A DNA stretch of 63,903 nucleotides, counting the filler, from Reclinomonas americana ATCC 50394 (lineage: Eukaryota), in assembly GCA_048213135.1 (NCBI GenBank). It is 28 parts of 28 records of this genome, joined end to end, with 100 filler letters (N's around TTAATTAATTAA, not from the genome) between each part and the next. Parts side by side here need not be neighbours in the genome. Positions count along the whole stretch, not along the records: positions 13,227 to 15,928 come from AFZH01023149.1; positions 16,029 to 17,597 come from AFZH01023150.1; positions 17,698 to 20,364 come from AFZH01023151.1; positions 20,465 to 22,083 come from AFZH01023153.1; positions 22,184 to 24,276 come from AFZH01023155.1; 23 more parts are not named here. One strand, given 5' to 3'. Below, one piece after another: positions 13,127 to 24,376 of this stretch. The notes beneath the pieces are model-generated. The model was not told where the DNA came from, did not search any database, and saw only the letters and a program-made list of their open reading frames with translations. Position 1 is the first letter of the stretch. Every line of letters begins with the position of its first letter. A program made the translations under genes and the position numbers.

Positions 13127-14037
13127 NNNNNNNNNNNNNNNNNNNNNNNNNNNNNNNNNNNNNNNNNNNNTTAATTAATTAANNNNNNNNNNNNNNNNNN
13201 NNNNNNNNNNNNNNNNNNNNNNNNNNACACACATTCAGTGAGAGAGAGAGAGAGAAGAGAAGAGAAGAAGAGAGAGGCACAGAACTTGAGCAGTGCCGCG
13301 ACACCCGAGAACATCTGTGAAATGCACGCGCCCGAAAAGGTGTCCTGATTGACGACTTCACACAAAAGCTGTGGATGTACGTTGGCATCCAAGCAGCACC
13401 TAAGCTCCCTTAATCAGTAATCATGTCTTTCAACAACGACTTCGAGGCGCAAAGATTTCGGCGACGTTGATATCGATATCAATTTCCCAGCAAGGAAGAC
13501 CGTCAGCGCAAGCAAGATTAGAACTGCAAGCAAGAGCGCACGTCCAATCACCGCGAAAGCAGAACACAAAACCAGAGTGCAAAGCAGCAAGAAAATTGCA
13601 GATCGCCGCAGAGCACCAACAGGACCTCTGATCTCCGTGCAAGCACAACCTCAAGCGAACGCAGAACTACGGAATAGATCCACTGAACTACAGTCACCAC
13701 TCGGCACAAAGAGAACCTCCATGCAAGAAACTCTCCGACCGCCACAACGCAAGCAGAACGCTTGCCAAGGATCGCAGCACAGAGCACAACAACACTCCAC
13801 GACGGTCGCAACAAAAAAACCCTGCCATAGCATGTCACCGCCCTGCAGGAAGCTCCCCAACCCCTCGATCAGCCCTCTCCCCACCCCCCTCCCCTCCTCC
13901 CAGCCTTCCCCCTAGCTTCCCCCTTTCCCTAAATCCACGTTTTTTGTCTTTTTATAATACTTTCAGCGATCCCTCAACCGCCATGGTGATAGCAACAAGC
14001 AGGGAGTTGTCTGTGTGTCTGTGCGAGTCGAGCATCA

Positions 14038-15862
14038 TCACTCCATCGCCACATCGTACTCGCCCTTGGCGGCGAGGCCGTTCATGTGTGCGCGCTTGAA
14101 GAAGGCATCCTGTCCAGCCTTGAAGTTCTCGGACTTGCCTGCAACATCACACAAACTCTCGTCAGTCATCAAGTTTCACCCCAGAAAGCACCCTTCTCAT
14201 TCCCCACAAACCATGCCACGCCTCAATGCACGAGTGCTGCAACGCACGGCCGTACGAGAACGACAGCGCCCACGGGCGGTTGGCGCCCAAAATCTTGTTC
14301 ATCAGGTCCAGGTGCAGCGTCGACTCCACCTCCTCCTGACCGCCGGACAGGAACACAATGCCGCGCACCGCAGCCGGCACAGCGGACTTGAGCACGCGCA
14401 CCGTCGCCGCCGCCACGTCCTGCGGGCCAGCGCGGCCCTCAGAGTCGTAGCCCGACAGCACCATGTTGGGCTTCAGAAGAATGCGCGAGATGTCGACGTG
14501 GTGGGCGTGCAGCGCGGCGAACACCGACGAGAGCACTGAGTGGGGGGAGAGAGGAAGGGAGTTTAGTAAAAGGGACAGGGAGGGGAGAGGGGCGGAGAGG
14601 GGGGGAGAGGTAGGGGGAGAGGGGGGGAAGGAAGGGAGAGGGGAGAGAGAAAGAGCGCGCACGACGGGAGAGAGCGACAGCGAGCGCCCAGAGAGGGAGA
14701 GAGCGACAGCGAACGCCCAGAGAGGGAGAGAGCGACAGCGAGCGCCCAGAGAGGGAGAGAGCGACAGCGAGCGCCCAGAGAGGGAGAGAGCGACAGCGAG
14801 CGCCCAGAGAGGGAGAGAGCGACAGCGAGCGCACGCAAGGGAGAGAGCGACAGCGAGCGCACGCAAGGGAGAGAGCGACAGCGAGCGCACGCAAGGGAGA
14901 GAGCGACAGCGAGCGCACGCAAGGGAGAGAGCGACAGCGAGCGCACGCAAGGGAGAGAGCGACAGCGAGCGCACGCAAGGGAGAGAGCGACAGCGAGCGC
15001 TCAGAGGGGGAAGCATCTCTTACTCCTTTCCCCTCTCATCTCTTCCCTTGCTCACTCTCCTTGCACTCTTGTCCATCCGCACTCCTTGCCCTTCTCCTTC
15101 ACTCCCTTTCCCCTCACTCCCTCCCCCCTAATTCCCCTCCCACCCCTCCCCCTTCAACCCCCATTCCTCACCAGCCTCAGTCACCTCCGCCGAGCGCTGG
15201 ATCGAGTGCCTGCCGTCCATCAGAATCTCCGGCTCGACAATCGGCACCAGGCCGTTCTCCTGGCACGTGGCAGCGTAGTGTGCCAGACCCTCGGCGTTGG
15301 CAGCCATGCACAACGACGACGGCAGCGAGTCTGTGATGGTGTACACCGCGCGCCTGCAACCCCAATAAAAGAGTGAGAAGACGAGGAGGGTGGAGAAGAA
15401 AAGATTGACACCCAAACGCACCACTTGGCGAAGCGGGCGCCGGCCGCGTAGTACTCGGCGCAGCGCTTGCCGAGGCCGTCGAGGCCAGCCGTGTACGACT
15501 CGCCCTGAGTGCCCGGAAGGGTCACCACACCCTTGTCGACCTGCGAGAAGAGAGTGAGCTTGTGCTTGTCCCTTGATGCACACAAGTGGGCCACACAAAC
15601 CTTGATGCCGGGGATGATGCCGTTGGCGCGCATGTGCTCGACCATTGGGCGGCCATCCAGAGCCGTCTGGAACAGGGTCTCCTCGAAGAGGATGGCGCCG
15701 GAGATGTAGTCGCCGATGCCTGCGATTGGAGAAAAGGGTGGGTGGAGGGACAGGAGGAGGGGGGAAGGAGGGAGGGAGGGGAGGAGAGAGTGAGAGCGGA
15801 GAGAGAGAGAGGGAGAGGAGAGGAGGGGACGGAGAGAGGAGAGAGGAGGGGAGGGGAGGAGG

Positions 15863-15928
<66 letters not shown>

Positions 15929-16992
15929 NNNNNNNNNNNNNNNNNNNNNNNNNNNNNNNNNNNNNNNNNNNNTTAATTAATTAANNNNNNNNNNNNNNNN
16001 NNNNNNNNNNNNNNNNNNNNNNNNNNNNGGCACAGGGAACGAGCAGAGGCAGGTGGAGACGGAGAAACCCAAAGACAAGAAAGGACGGAGAGACGAGAAG
16101 GCACGCAGCAAAGGCGACTGCTGCACCTCGACACGGAAAACAGGAAAATGAAGAGACTTGCGGAGCACGACGACAGCGAGCAAGAGGAGCAAGTATAGCA
16201 CCAACAAGAGATGGCGTGCACAAGGACGACTGTTGCAAGAAGCAACGCACGGAGGGCGAGGAACGAGAAAAGCATACGAGTGCTGCACCTCGACATAGAA
16301 AACAAGAAAAGACAGAAAAAGTCCACACGATGAGGAGAACACGAAAAGCGTGTGTGCTCTCCACCACACCAGTTGCCACTGAGAAAAGATGCGCACACAG
16401 CAAGAACAGGCAAGTAAAACTAATGAGCACAGAATCACAGGATCTTGGTGCACCAGTCGGGAGGAAGAGCATCATGACGCGCACACCCATCATGACACTG
16501 ATGCACGACGACAAGAGCACAAGCAAGCGGCGCGAGAAGAGAGAGAGAAAGTGCGCGCGCGCGCGGAGAGAGACAAGTGCGCCATTTCGCAATGGCCATC
16601 ACCCCCGCGACAAACAAACACGCAAGCAAACCTCCGGGGGTGGTGAACAGCAGCGTGCGGTAGGCGCGGCGGTTGTCCTCCTGCACGCACGCACGGAAGA
16701 CCACAGTGAGCAGGGGTGGTGCGACATGGCACGCACTTTTGTTTACGCGCGAAGACACACACACACCGTGTTGGGCAAGTTGATCGACTCGAAGCGCTTG
16801 CCAATGGTGCCAGTGCTCTCGTCAGCAGCGAGGATGCCGCGGCCCGGGGCAATGATGGCCGTCTGAGGATAAAGATGAGCATTTTTTTGTGTTGTTTGCG
16901 TCAGGGAATCTCAGCACAAGACGCACAATGGTGGCATCCATTTCCTCCGCGAAGGCACCGCAGATGGTCGGCGATGAAGATGAAGAGGCCAT
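14038..16992 (-). CDS. FBA: Fructose-bisphosphate aldolase class I, 8 exons, 351 aa
   Basis: Exons 16992-16927, 16862-16767, 16680-16632, 15719-15601, 15540-15422, 15353-15172, 14535-14212 and 14138-14038 join in frame at GT-AG borders. Motifs [35 protein letters not shown] (Schiff-base Lys), FLSGG and SFSYGRALQ. Intron 3 spans an N spacer. Confidence 0.97.
14666..15000. repeat. Intronic 28-29-bp minisatellite, about 12 copies
   Basis: GGGAGAGAGCGACAGCGAGCGC followed by CCAGAGA or ACGCAA, head-to-tail in aldolase intron 6. Confidence 0.92.
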
Positions 16993-17243
16993 GATGTGTG
17001 GAGAAGTGAAGGGTTGAGGGGTGGGAGGGAGCGAGGATCGCGCGCGAGGGGAGCGTGAAAGAAAAGTGGTGGTTTTGGACAGGAGGGATCGACTGAATGG
17101 AGTGTTGGTGGGAAAAGAGTTGTCTCGGCGGCGGGGGAAGGGGCGGGGCGCGGAAGAGGCGAGAGGGGGAGAGGGAGTGTGTTAAATGAATGCGATTTGC
17201 AGAAGAGCTTGGGCGTCAAGAGAAAGGGCAAGGAAAAATAAAT

Positions 17244-17512
17244 ATGGAGAAGAAATCGATCGCGAACGAAAGTCAATTGCGCAGCTTTCTGACGGAAGTG
17301 GTGGACAAAATGCAATGTGTACGCTGAGGCACTTTCTTTCTTCGTCGCCACTTTCTGTTTCGTGCGTTTCACTCGCGGCTTCGAATTCGAATTCGCAACA
17401 GCTGTCCAGGCAGTGCGTGCGGCGTTATCGGCACCCAGCGTTCTCGTGATACACCGCTTCGAACTCACGGATCCGGACCTGGCATGCACAGTTCTTGACT
17501 TGCAAAACGCAC
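17244..17512 (+). CDS. Possible first exons of a gene divergent from aldolase
   Basis: ATG 17244 gives MEKKSIANESQLRSFLTEVVDKMQ. A putative intron ends in CAG near 17401, then VQAVRAALSAPSVLVIHRFELTDPDL follows. No family recognised. Confidence 0.3.
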
Positions 17513-17697
17513 GTGAATTCTTTGGTCTTCGAATTCTTCGCTTTGCTTCGATTGCCTGGCTCTGACCTTTTCCTGAATTGGATGTACCGATGATGTANNN
17601 NNNNNNNNNNNNNNNNNNNNNNNNNNNNNNNNNNNNNNNNNTTAATTAATTAANNNNNNNNNNNNNNNNNNNNNNNNNNNNNNNNNNNNNNNNNNNN

Positions 17698-18436
17698 CGA
17701 CAAGCTGGTCGAGAGCGACGTCAAGGACAAGAACCCCTTCAAGGACATCAAGGTGCGCGAGGCGCTCTACCGCGCCATCGACATCGACGCCGTGCAGAAG
17801 CGGGCGATGCGCGGCCTCTCGCGCAACACGGGCGCCCTCGTCGCCCCGGCCATCCCCGGCTACGAGCCCTCGCAGGACCAGCGCCTGCCCTTCGACCTTG
17901 CGGGCGCCAAGAAGCTGCTGGCCGAGGCCGGCTATCCCAACGGCTTCTCTTTCCTGATGAATTGCCAGAGTGACTCGCTCGTCAACGAGGAGGAGTTCTG
18001 CCAGGCGGTGGCGGCGATGTGGTCGCGCGCCGGGCTGAAGCCCAATCTCAGCCTCGCCCCGCGCAGCCAGCAGACGCCGAAGCGGGTCAAGGGCGATTTC
18101 GATGTGATCTCCTTCGGTTGGGCCAACGAGCCGATGATCGACGCCTATTCGCTGCTGGTGCAGGTGCTGCACTCGAAGAGCGGCACGGGCGGCGTGTTCA
18201 ACTGGGGTAATTGGGGCGATCCGCGCATCGACGCGCTGATCGACAAGGCCGGCGTCGAGCTCGATACCCCAAAGCGCATCGAGATGATGAAGGAGGCGCT
18301 GAAGATCGCCAAGGCCGAGCAACTCTTCATCCCGCTGCACCAGCAGCCGATGGCCTGGGCGATGCGCAACACGGTCGCCTCCACCGTGCAGGCCTCGGAC
18401 AACAAGCCGCGCCTGTGGCTGACCATGATGAAGTGA
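17698..18436 (+). CDS. ABC peptide/nickel transporter substrate-binding protein (family 5), 5' partial
   Basis: NPFKDIKVREALYRAID, FDLAGAKKLLAEAGYPNGF and NWGNWGDPRIDALI are DppA/OppA-type C-terminal motifs. Confidence 0.93.
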
Positions 18437-18440
18437 CAGA

Positions 18441-18574
18441 TTGTCATTCCGGGGCTTCGCGCAGCGAAGAACCCGGAACCCACGACTGGGCTGTACGCGC
18501 AAATCGACATGAAGGCGCCGCTCACCCGATCGTGGGTTCCGGGTTCACGCCTCCGGCGCGCCCCGGAATGACAA
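18441..18574. repeat. Alphaproteobacterial intergenic palindromic element (RPE/RIME-like)
   Basis: Outer inverted repeat TTGTCATTCCGGGGC...GCCCCGGAATGACAA. Inner inverted repeat GAACCCGGAACCCACGA (18469-18485) / TCGTGGGTTCCGGGTTC (18530-18546). Confidence 0.85.
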
Positions 18575-18607
18575 AAGCATCCGCTTAGCGCAGGGAGTCG
18601 CAAGACC

Positions 18608-19600
18608 ATGCCGGCCTTCCTTTTCAAGCGCTTCGTCAATGCCGCCGGCGTCATGCTGGCGGTGGCGTTCCTCGCCTTTCTGACCTTCCGCTTCGTCGGC
18701 GACCCCGTCGAGCTGATGCTGAACGAGCAGGCGAGCCAGCAGCAGCGCGACGAACTGCGCACCAGGCTCGGGCTCGACAAGGGCTTCGTGCTGCAGTTCG
18801 CGACCTTCGTCGGCAATGCCGTGCGCGGCGATTTCGGCATCTCCTACCGCAACCAGCAGGAGGTGTTCACGCTGATCGCCGAGCGTTTTCCGGCGACGTT
18901 CGAGCTGGTGCTGGTCGCGACCTTCCTGTCGCTGGCGGTCGGCATACCGCTGGGCGTCTACACCGCGATCCGACGAGAGAGCGTCCTCGCCAAGGCGCTG
19001 CAGTTCATCTCGGTGCTCGGTGTCTCTCTGCCCAGCTTCGCGCTCGGCATCCTCTTCATCCTGGTGTTCTCGGTGAACCTGCAATGGCTGCCGGCCTTCG
19101 GCCGCGGCGAGGTCGTCCAGCTGGGCTGGTGGAGCACCGGGCTGCTGACCTCGTCCGGCCGCAAGGCGCTGATCCTGCCCGGCATCACGCTGTCCCTGTT
19201 CCAGATCACGCTGGTGATGCGGCTGGTGCGGGCCGAGATGCTGGAGACGATGCGCACCGACTTCATCCGCTTCGCCAGGGCGCGCGGCCTGCCGGCGCGG
19301 GTGGTGAATTTCCGCCACGCTTTGCGTAACTGCCTGATGCCGGTGATCACCGTGACCGGCCTGCAGATCGGCAACCTCATTGCCTTCGCGCTGGTCACCG
19401 AGACGGTGTTCCAGTGGCCGGGCATGGGCATGCTCTTCGTCCAGGCCGTCACCTTCGTCGATATCCCGGTGATGGCGGCTTATCTGATCGTCGTCTCCTT
19501 CATCTTCGTCTCGCTCAACACGCTGGTCGACCTGACCTATGCCTGGGTCGATCCGCGCCTGCGCGAGGACGCGCTCTCGGGAGGCGCCAATGCCCGCTGA
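18608..19600 (+). CDS. ABC peptide transporter permease (DppB/OppB family)
   Basis: GDFGISY, RFPATFEL, EAA loop DFIRFARARGL...HALRN, ETVFQWPGMG and C-terminal DPRLR. Confidence 0.95.
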   Translation: MPAFLFKRFVNAAGVMLAVAFLAFLTFRFVGDPVELMLNEQASQQQRDELRTRLGLDKGFVLQFATFVGNAVRGDFGISYRNQQEVFTLIAERFPATFELVLVATFLSLAVGIPLGVYTAIRRESVLAKALQFISVLGVSLPSFALGILFILVFSVNLQWLPAFGRGEVVQLGWWSTGLLTSSGRKALILPGITLSLFQITLVMRLVRAEMLETMRTDFIRFARARGLPARVVNFRHALRNCLMPVITVTGLQIGNLIAFALVTETVFQWPGMGMLFVQAVTFVDIPVMAAYLIVVSFIFVSLNTLVDLTYAWVDPRLREDALSGGANAR

Positions 19601-20364
19601 TGCCGCCAAACCAAGCCGTCTGCGCCGCTTCCTCGACAGCGATGTCGGCTGGAGCTTCCGGCAGACGCCGGCAGCCTGGCTCTCGGCGCTGGTGCTGACG
19701 ATCCTGGTGCTGACCGCGCTGTTCTGCCCGCTGATCGCACCACAGAACCCGCACGACCTCGCCCAGGTCTTCATCGACAAGGCCGAGATTCCGCCGATCT
19801 GGGCGCCGGACGGCGAGTGGCCCTTCCTGCTCGGCACCGACCCGCAAGGGCGCGACGTGCTCTCCGCCATCCTCTACGGCACCCGGGTCTCGTTGATCAT
19901 CGGCTTCTCGGCGGTGCTCGTCTCGATGCTGATCGGCGTCTCGATCGGCCTCGCCGCAGGCTTCTATGGCGGGCGCATCGACAACCTGCTGATGCGGCTC
20001 GGCGACACCGTGCTGTCGATCCCGACGCTCCTGATGGCGATCCTGGTCTCGGCGATCTTCCGCGAATTGCTGCCGCCTTCGCTGCGCGAGCCCTTTGCCG
20101 CGGCGGTGCTGGTGCTCTCGATCTCGCTGACCAACTGGGTGCAATACGCCCGCACCGTGCGCGCCTCGACGATGGTCGAGCGGCGCAAGGAATATGTGCT
20201 CGCGGCGCGCATCATCAAGGTGCCGGCCGGGCGGATCATGCGCCAGCACATCCTGCCGAACACGCTGACCCGGTCGAGTGGTCGCAGCCACGCTCAATCT
20301 CGGCCTCGCCACTCCTCTCGGAGCGACCCTGTCCTTCCTCGGCGGTCGGCATGCCGACTCACCC
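19590..20364 (+). CDS. ABC peptide transporter permease (DppC/OppC family), 3' partial
   Basis: LLGTDPQGRDVLSAILYGTRVSL and EYVLAARI...HILPN. ATG overlaps the upstream permease. Frame breaks near the contig end. Confidence 0.93.
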
Positions 20365-20463
20365 NNNNNNNNNNNNNNNNNNNNNNNNNNNNNNNNNNNN
20401 NNNNNNNNTTAATTAATTAANNNNNNNNNNNNNNNNNNNNNNNNNNNNNNNNNNNNNNNNNNN

Positions 20464-21181
20464 NGCCGGCCGCGGCCGAGCATTCCGGGGCGCGGCCGGA
20501 ATAGTCGGCGTCGAGATATTGGTGGAAGTCGTAGGCATAGCGGTCGAGCGGATCGAGGACGCCAAGAAGATCGCGGCCATTGTTGCCGACCGGGAGATCG
20601 GAGGTCCAGCTATGGGCGCCGCCGAAGGCGGTGCCCGTGACCAGCAGGAGCTGTTTCGCGCCGGCCTTGCGGATCGCGGCGATGGCGATGTTCTGGATCT
20701 TCGCCCAGTTCGCGCTGGTGATGTCGTATGGCTCGTTCATCAGCGAGAAAACGAGTCTCGGCCGGTCGCGATAGTGCTCTGCGAGCCTGCGCCAGACATC
20801 GGCCAGCGCCTCGGCCTGAAGCTCCTTCGAGCCGAGCTGCTTCTTGGCGTAATAGCCGTAATTATGCAGGTCGATGATCGCGATCAGCCCGGCCTCGTTG
20901 ATCCGCCTGACGGTCTGGTCGAGATAGGCCAGCTCCATGATGTCGAGCCCGCCGTTGAGATCAGGCTGGATGCGCTCCCAGCGGAAGGGCAGGCGGATGG
21001 CGCTGGCGCCGAGCTTGCCGAGCCGCTGGATCGCGGCTTCGCTCGGATAGGTGTAGTCGGTGTCGACCTTGCCGGGCGTGTCGCCGAATTCGGCGCCCGA
21101 CAGGTTGACGCCGCGCAGGCAGGTCTCCGCCTGTGCCGGCGTGGCGGCGAGCAGGGCCAAGGCGAATATGGCCCGCTTCAC
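20464..21181 (-). CDS. Glycoside hydrolase family 5 (endoglucanase-like), 3' partial
   Basis: Signal peptide, GVNLSGAEFG, IRLPFRWERIQP, IIDLHNYG, LMNEP (acid/base Glu) and DFHQYLD. Confidence 0.93.
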
Positions 21182-22083
21182 GGCGCGACGATCCGCATGA
21201 GCGCATCCAGCAGCCGGCGCCCGGCTGCAAGATGCGTAAAATTGTGGTCGGCGTCGGCGAGCATGGTCAGCGAGGCATTCGGATAGGCGGAAAGGCCCTT
21301 GCCGGCCTCGCCGAAATAGGTCTCGAGCTCAGCCAGGCCGACATCGCCATCGGCATAGAGCAGCGAGAGTTGGACATTTCGCGCCGCGAGCGTGGCGAAA
21401 TGACGATGGCACTGATGATGGAGCCGGCCATGCTTGGTCAGGCGCCCGAGAACGGGCGCGAGCTTGACCGAGAGCCGCTTGCGATAGCGCCAGATCAGAT
21501 AGCGCCCCGCCGGTCCGACGCGGAGCTTGCCGGTGAGCAGGCGGCGCAGCCCGTCCTTGCGGGCGAGCGTCGCGCCGAGATCACCGGCGCTGCGATGGGC
21601 ATAGCGGATCGCATCCTCGACGCTCTCGTCGGGGTCCCAGACGAAGCGTTCATTGTTGACGATGACGAGGCGGCGGATGCGCGCGTCGACGACGGCGGCG
21701 TGGAAGGCGGCATAGGCGCCGCTGCAGCGCCCGATCAGGACGGGCGCATCGAAGCCGCGCGCATGCATGGCGTCGATGGCGAGGCGGACATCGTCGATCT
21801 GCGCCTGCGAATAGAGGATTTCCTCCGGGCCATCGGCAGCGATCCCGCTGTCGCCGACGCTGCTGGCGTCGAAGCGCAATGAAGCGACGCCGCGCCGGGC
21901 GAAGGCGCGCGCCTGGATGACGCTGACCCGGGCCCAGCCGATATGGTAGTCGCGCCCGGCATTGACGAAGATGATGGGCTCGCGTGCCGCCGGCCCGAGC
22001 GGCTCGCAAAGCACGCCGAAGAGCCGGCCATCCGGGCCGAAGCGGATCGGCCGCTCGACGAAACCGTCGCCGAGCAGGCCCTC
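21178..22083 (-). CDS. Alpha/beta-fold hydrolase, 5' partial
   Basis: LRFDASSVGDS, nucleophile-elbow GRCSGA and C-terminal ADHNF. Its stop overlaps the GH5 start. Confidence 0.8.
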   Translation of the reverse strand, partial: EGLLGDGFVERPIRFGPDGRLFGVLCEPLGPAAREPIIFVNAGRDYHIGWARVSVIQARAFARRGVASLRFDASSVGDSGIAADGPEEILYSQAQIDDVRLAIDAMHARGFDAPVLIGRCSGAYAAFHAAVVDARIRRLVIVNNERFVWDPDESVEDAIRYAHRSAGDLGATLARKDGLRRLLTGKLRVGPAGRYLIWRYRKRLSVKLAPVLGRLTKHGRLHHQCHRHFATLAARNVQLSLLYADGDVGLAELETYFGEAGKGLSAYPNASLTMLADADHNFTHLAAGRRLLDALMRIVAP

Positions 22084-22183
22084 NNNNNNNNNNNNNNNNN
22101 NNNNNNNNNNNNNNNNNNNNNNNNNNNTTAATTAATTAANNNNNNNNNNNNNNNNNNNNNNNNNNNNNNNNNNNNNNNNNNNN

Positions 22184-22722
22184 CGGTCTCGCCGATCACC
22201 GCGTCGACGAAGCGCGAGTTCAGCTTCTTGCCATAGGAGGTCACCTGGCAGGAGCTGCAGGCGCGCCCACAATTGTCGTTTGCCCTTCCACATGCTGCCC
22301 TTCCAGCAGAGCAGGAAGGTGCTGCGCAGGATATGGGCGACCGGTACGCCGCAGCTCTTCGCCGCCGCCCAGGTTGCGACATTGATGTTCTCGATCGAGT
22401 CCGTCAGCACGATGTCCGGCCGCAGGCGCCTGATCTCGCGGCGCATGACGATGAAGGCGCGCGGATTGAAGTTTTCCAGCGCATGCCAGATCGCCTTCTT
22501 CCAGCCCGGACGCGGCAGGCGGTAGTTCCAGTCGATGTTGAGCGAGCGCAGGCGGTGCACCGGCACGCCGTCATAGGTCTCGTGCTTGTCCTCGCCGGAG
22601 ACGTTGACGACGGTCAGGTCATGGCCGGCCGCGAGCAGCAGCTTGGCGACGATCATCGCCGAGATCGGCCCGCCGCCGTCGATGAAGGGCGGGAACGCTG
22701 CACAGGCCATCAGGATACGCAT
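22184..22722 (-). CDS. Glycosyltransferase family 4, N-terminal part (3' partial)
   Basis: MRILMACAAFPPFIDGGGPISA...GHDLTVV...RPDIV. A one-base frame break near 22286 continues as ANDNCGRACSSC...VDAVIG. Confidence 0.85.
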
Positions 22723-23041
22723 GCTGTCTGGACTCGTCCTCGTCACGGCGCCTTTGCCGGCCGGCCTTTCCCAAGGGCAGGAATAGCCGGCGCGAGCTAA
22801 GCAAAGGTTGGCGTGACCGCGGGATTTCTTCCTGTTGTAAACGAGGCGTGAACGGGATCGCACAAGCCGCGTGCAAGCTGGCGAGACAGTGCGCCGTTCA
22901 AGTGGATTTTCATAAATATTGAACTATCACCTGCGGTCCCGGAACGGAATGTTCTTTCGAACTGCTTTGGTTGCTTAGTTAATTTTCCGGGAGGGGAAAG
23001 CTCGAATACTTGATCGGAATCGTAATGATTCCGTTACCGGA

Positions 23042-24276
23042 ATGTTAACCACGGATCGTCAGGATGCGCGGTGGAATTCCAGCCGAGACCGTCGGCGCGT
23101 CCGGCCGCGGATGCGCCGGGCCGGGCGGGATCGAGGAGGCTTGTGGGTGTCGGCTGCGTTGGAGGCGGGAGGACGTGATGGCGCGTCGGCGGAAGGCCGC
23201 GCCTCCGCTGCTTTCAGCCTGTCCGAACTGCTCAAGCTGTTGCGCCGCCGCCGTCGGCTGGTGATCGCCAGCGCTGCCGTCTGCCTGCTGTTTGCACTCG
23301 CTTATCTCGCGGTGCAGGTCCCGGTCTACCGCGCCACCGCCGAGCTGCTGGTCGATCCGCAGGCGCTGCAGGTCGTCGGCAAGGACATCGTGCGCACCGA
23401 CACCTCCGCCTCGATCGATTTCGCCAATGTCGACAGCCAGGCCCTGGTGATGACCTCCACCGGCGTGCTGCGGCAGGTCATCGACGAACTCGACCTCGAG
23501 AACGATCCCGCTTTCGTCCGGCCGCCGGGGCTGGTCTCTCGCCTGCTCGGCCGCCTGGTGCAGCCGACGCCGGAGCAGCGCCTGGCCCAGGCGGTCGATG
23601 CGCTCAAGCGCGCGATCGTGATCCAGCGCGTCGACAACTCGCTCGTCTTCCGTATCACCGTCTCGCATCCGCAGGCGCAAAAGGCCGCCGACATCGCCAA
23701 TGGCCTGGCGCAGGTCTATTTCCGCCAGGGCAATGACGGGCGCCGTGCCGTGGTCGAGCGTGCCAACACCTCGCTGATCGGTCAGATCGCCGGCCTGCGC
23801 ACGCAGCTCGACGAAGCCGAGCGCGCGGTCCAGAACTTCCGCAGCCAGCACAGCCTGGTCAGCACCGGCGAGGGCGGTCTGATCATCTCGCAGCAATTGC
23901 GCGATCTCTACGGCCAGATCAGCCAGGCGGAGGCCGAGCTTGCGCGCCAGCAGGCCAGGCGCGACCAGCTCGCCCGCTATCAGAGCCGCGATCCCCTGTC
24001 CGACACGCTGCCGGAGGCGCTCACCTCCTCGGTGGTGACCTCGCTCAGGGGGCAATACGCACAGAGCGCGCGCGAAGCGGCGAGCCTTGCCCAGACCCTT
24101 GCGCCGCAGCATCCGCGCCTGATCGAGATCCGGGCCGAGCTCGCCGAAACGCGCAGGCTGCTGTCCGGAGAACTCGCCCGGCTGCGTTCGACGGTGCAGG
24201 AAAGCTATCGCCAGACCGAGGCCAACCTCGGCAATCTCAGGAAGCGGGCGACGGAGCTGACCAAGTCGCAGGAGGT
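23042..24276 (+). CDS. Polysaccharide chain-length determinant (GumC/Wzc/ExoP family), 3' partial; start uncertain
   Basis: N-terminal TM, PVYRATAELLVDP, SQALVMTS, KAADIANGLA, coiled coil and APQHPRL. Confidence 0.88.
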
Positions 24277-24376
24277 NNNNNNNNNNNNNNNNNNNNNNNN
24301 NNNNNNNNNNNNNNNNNNNNTTAATTAATTAANNNNNNNNNNNNNNNNNNNNNNNNNNNNNNNNNNNNNNNNNNNN

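Noticed and set aside
14666..15000. 28-29-bp repeats as a CRISPR array (also 7620-7803 and 60830-61050)
   Set aside because: They are head-to-tail with no unique spacers and lie inside spliceosomal introns.
18545..19870. Long antisense ORFs over bacterial genes (also 39210-40421, 41988-43349, 44657-45805 and 51936-53168)
   Set aside because: They are shadow ORFs caused by high-GC codon bias opposite well-supported genes.
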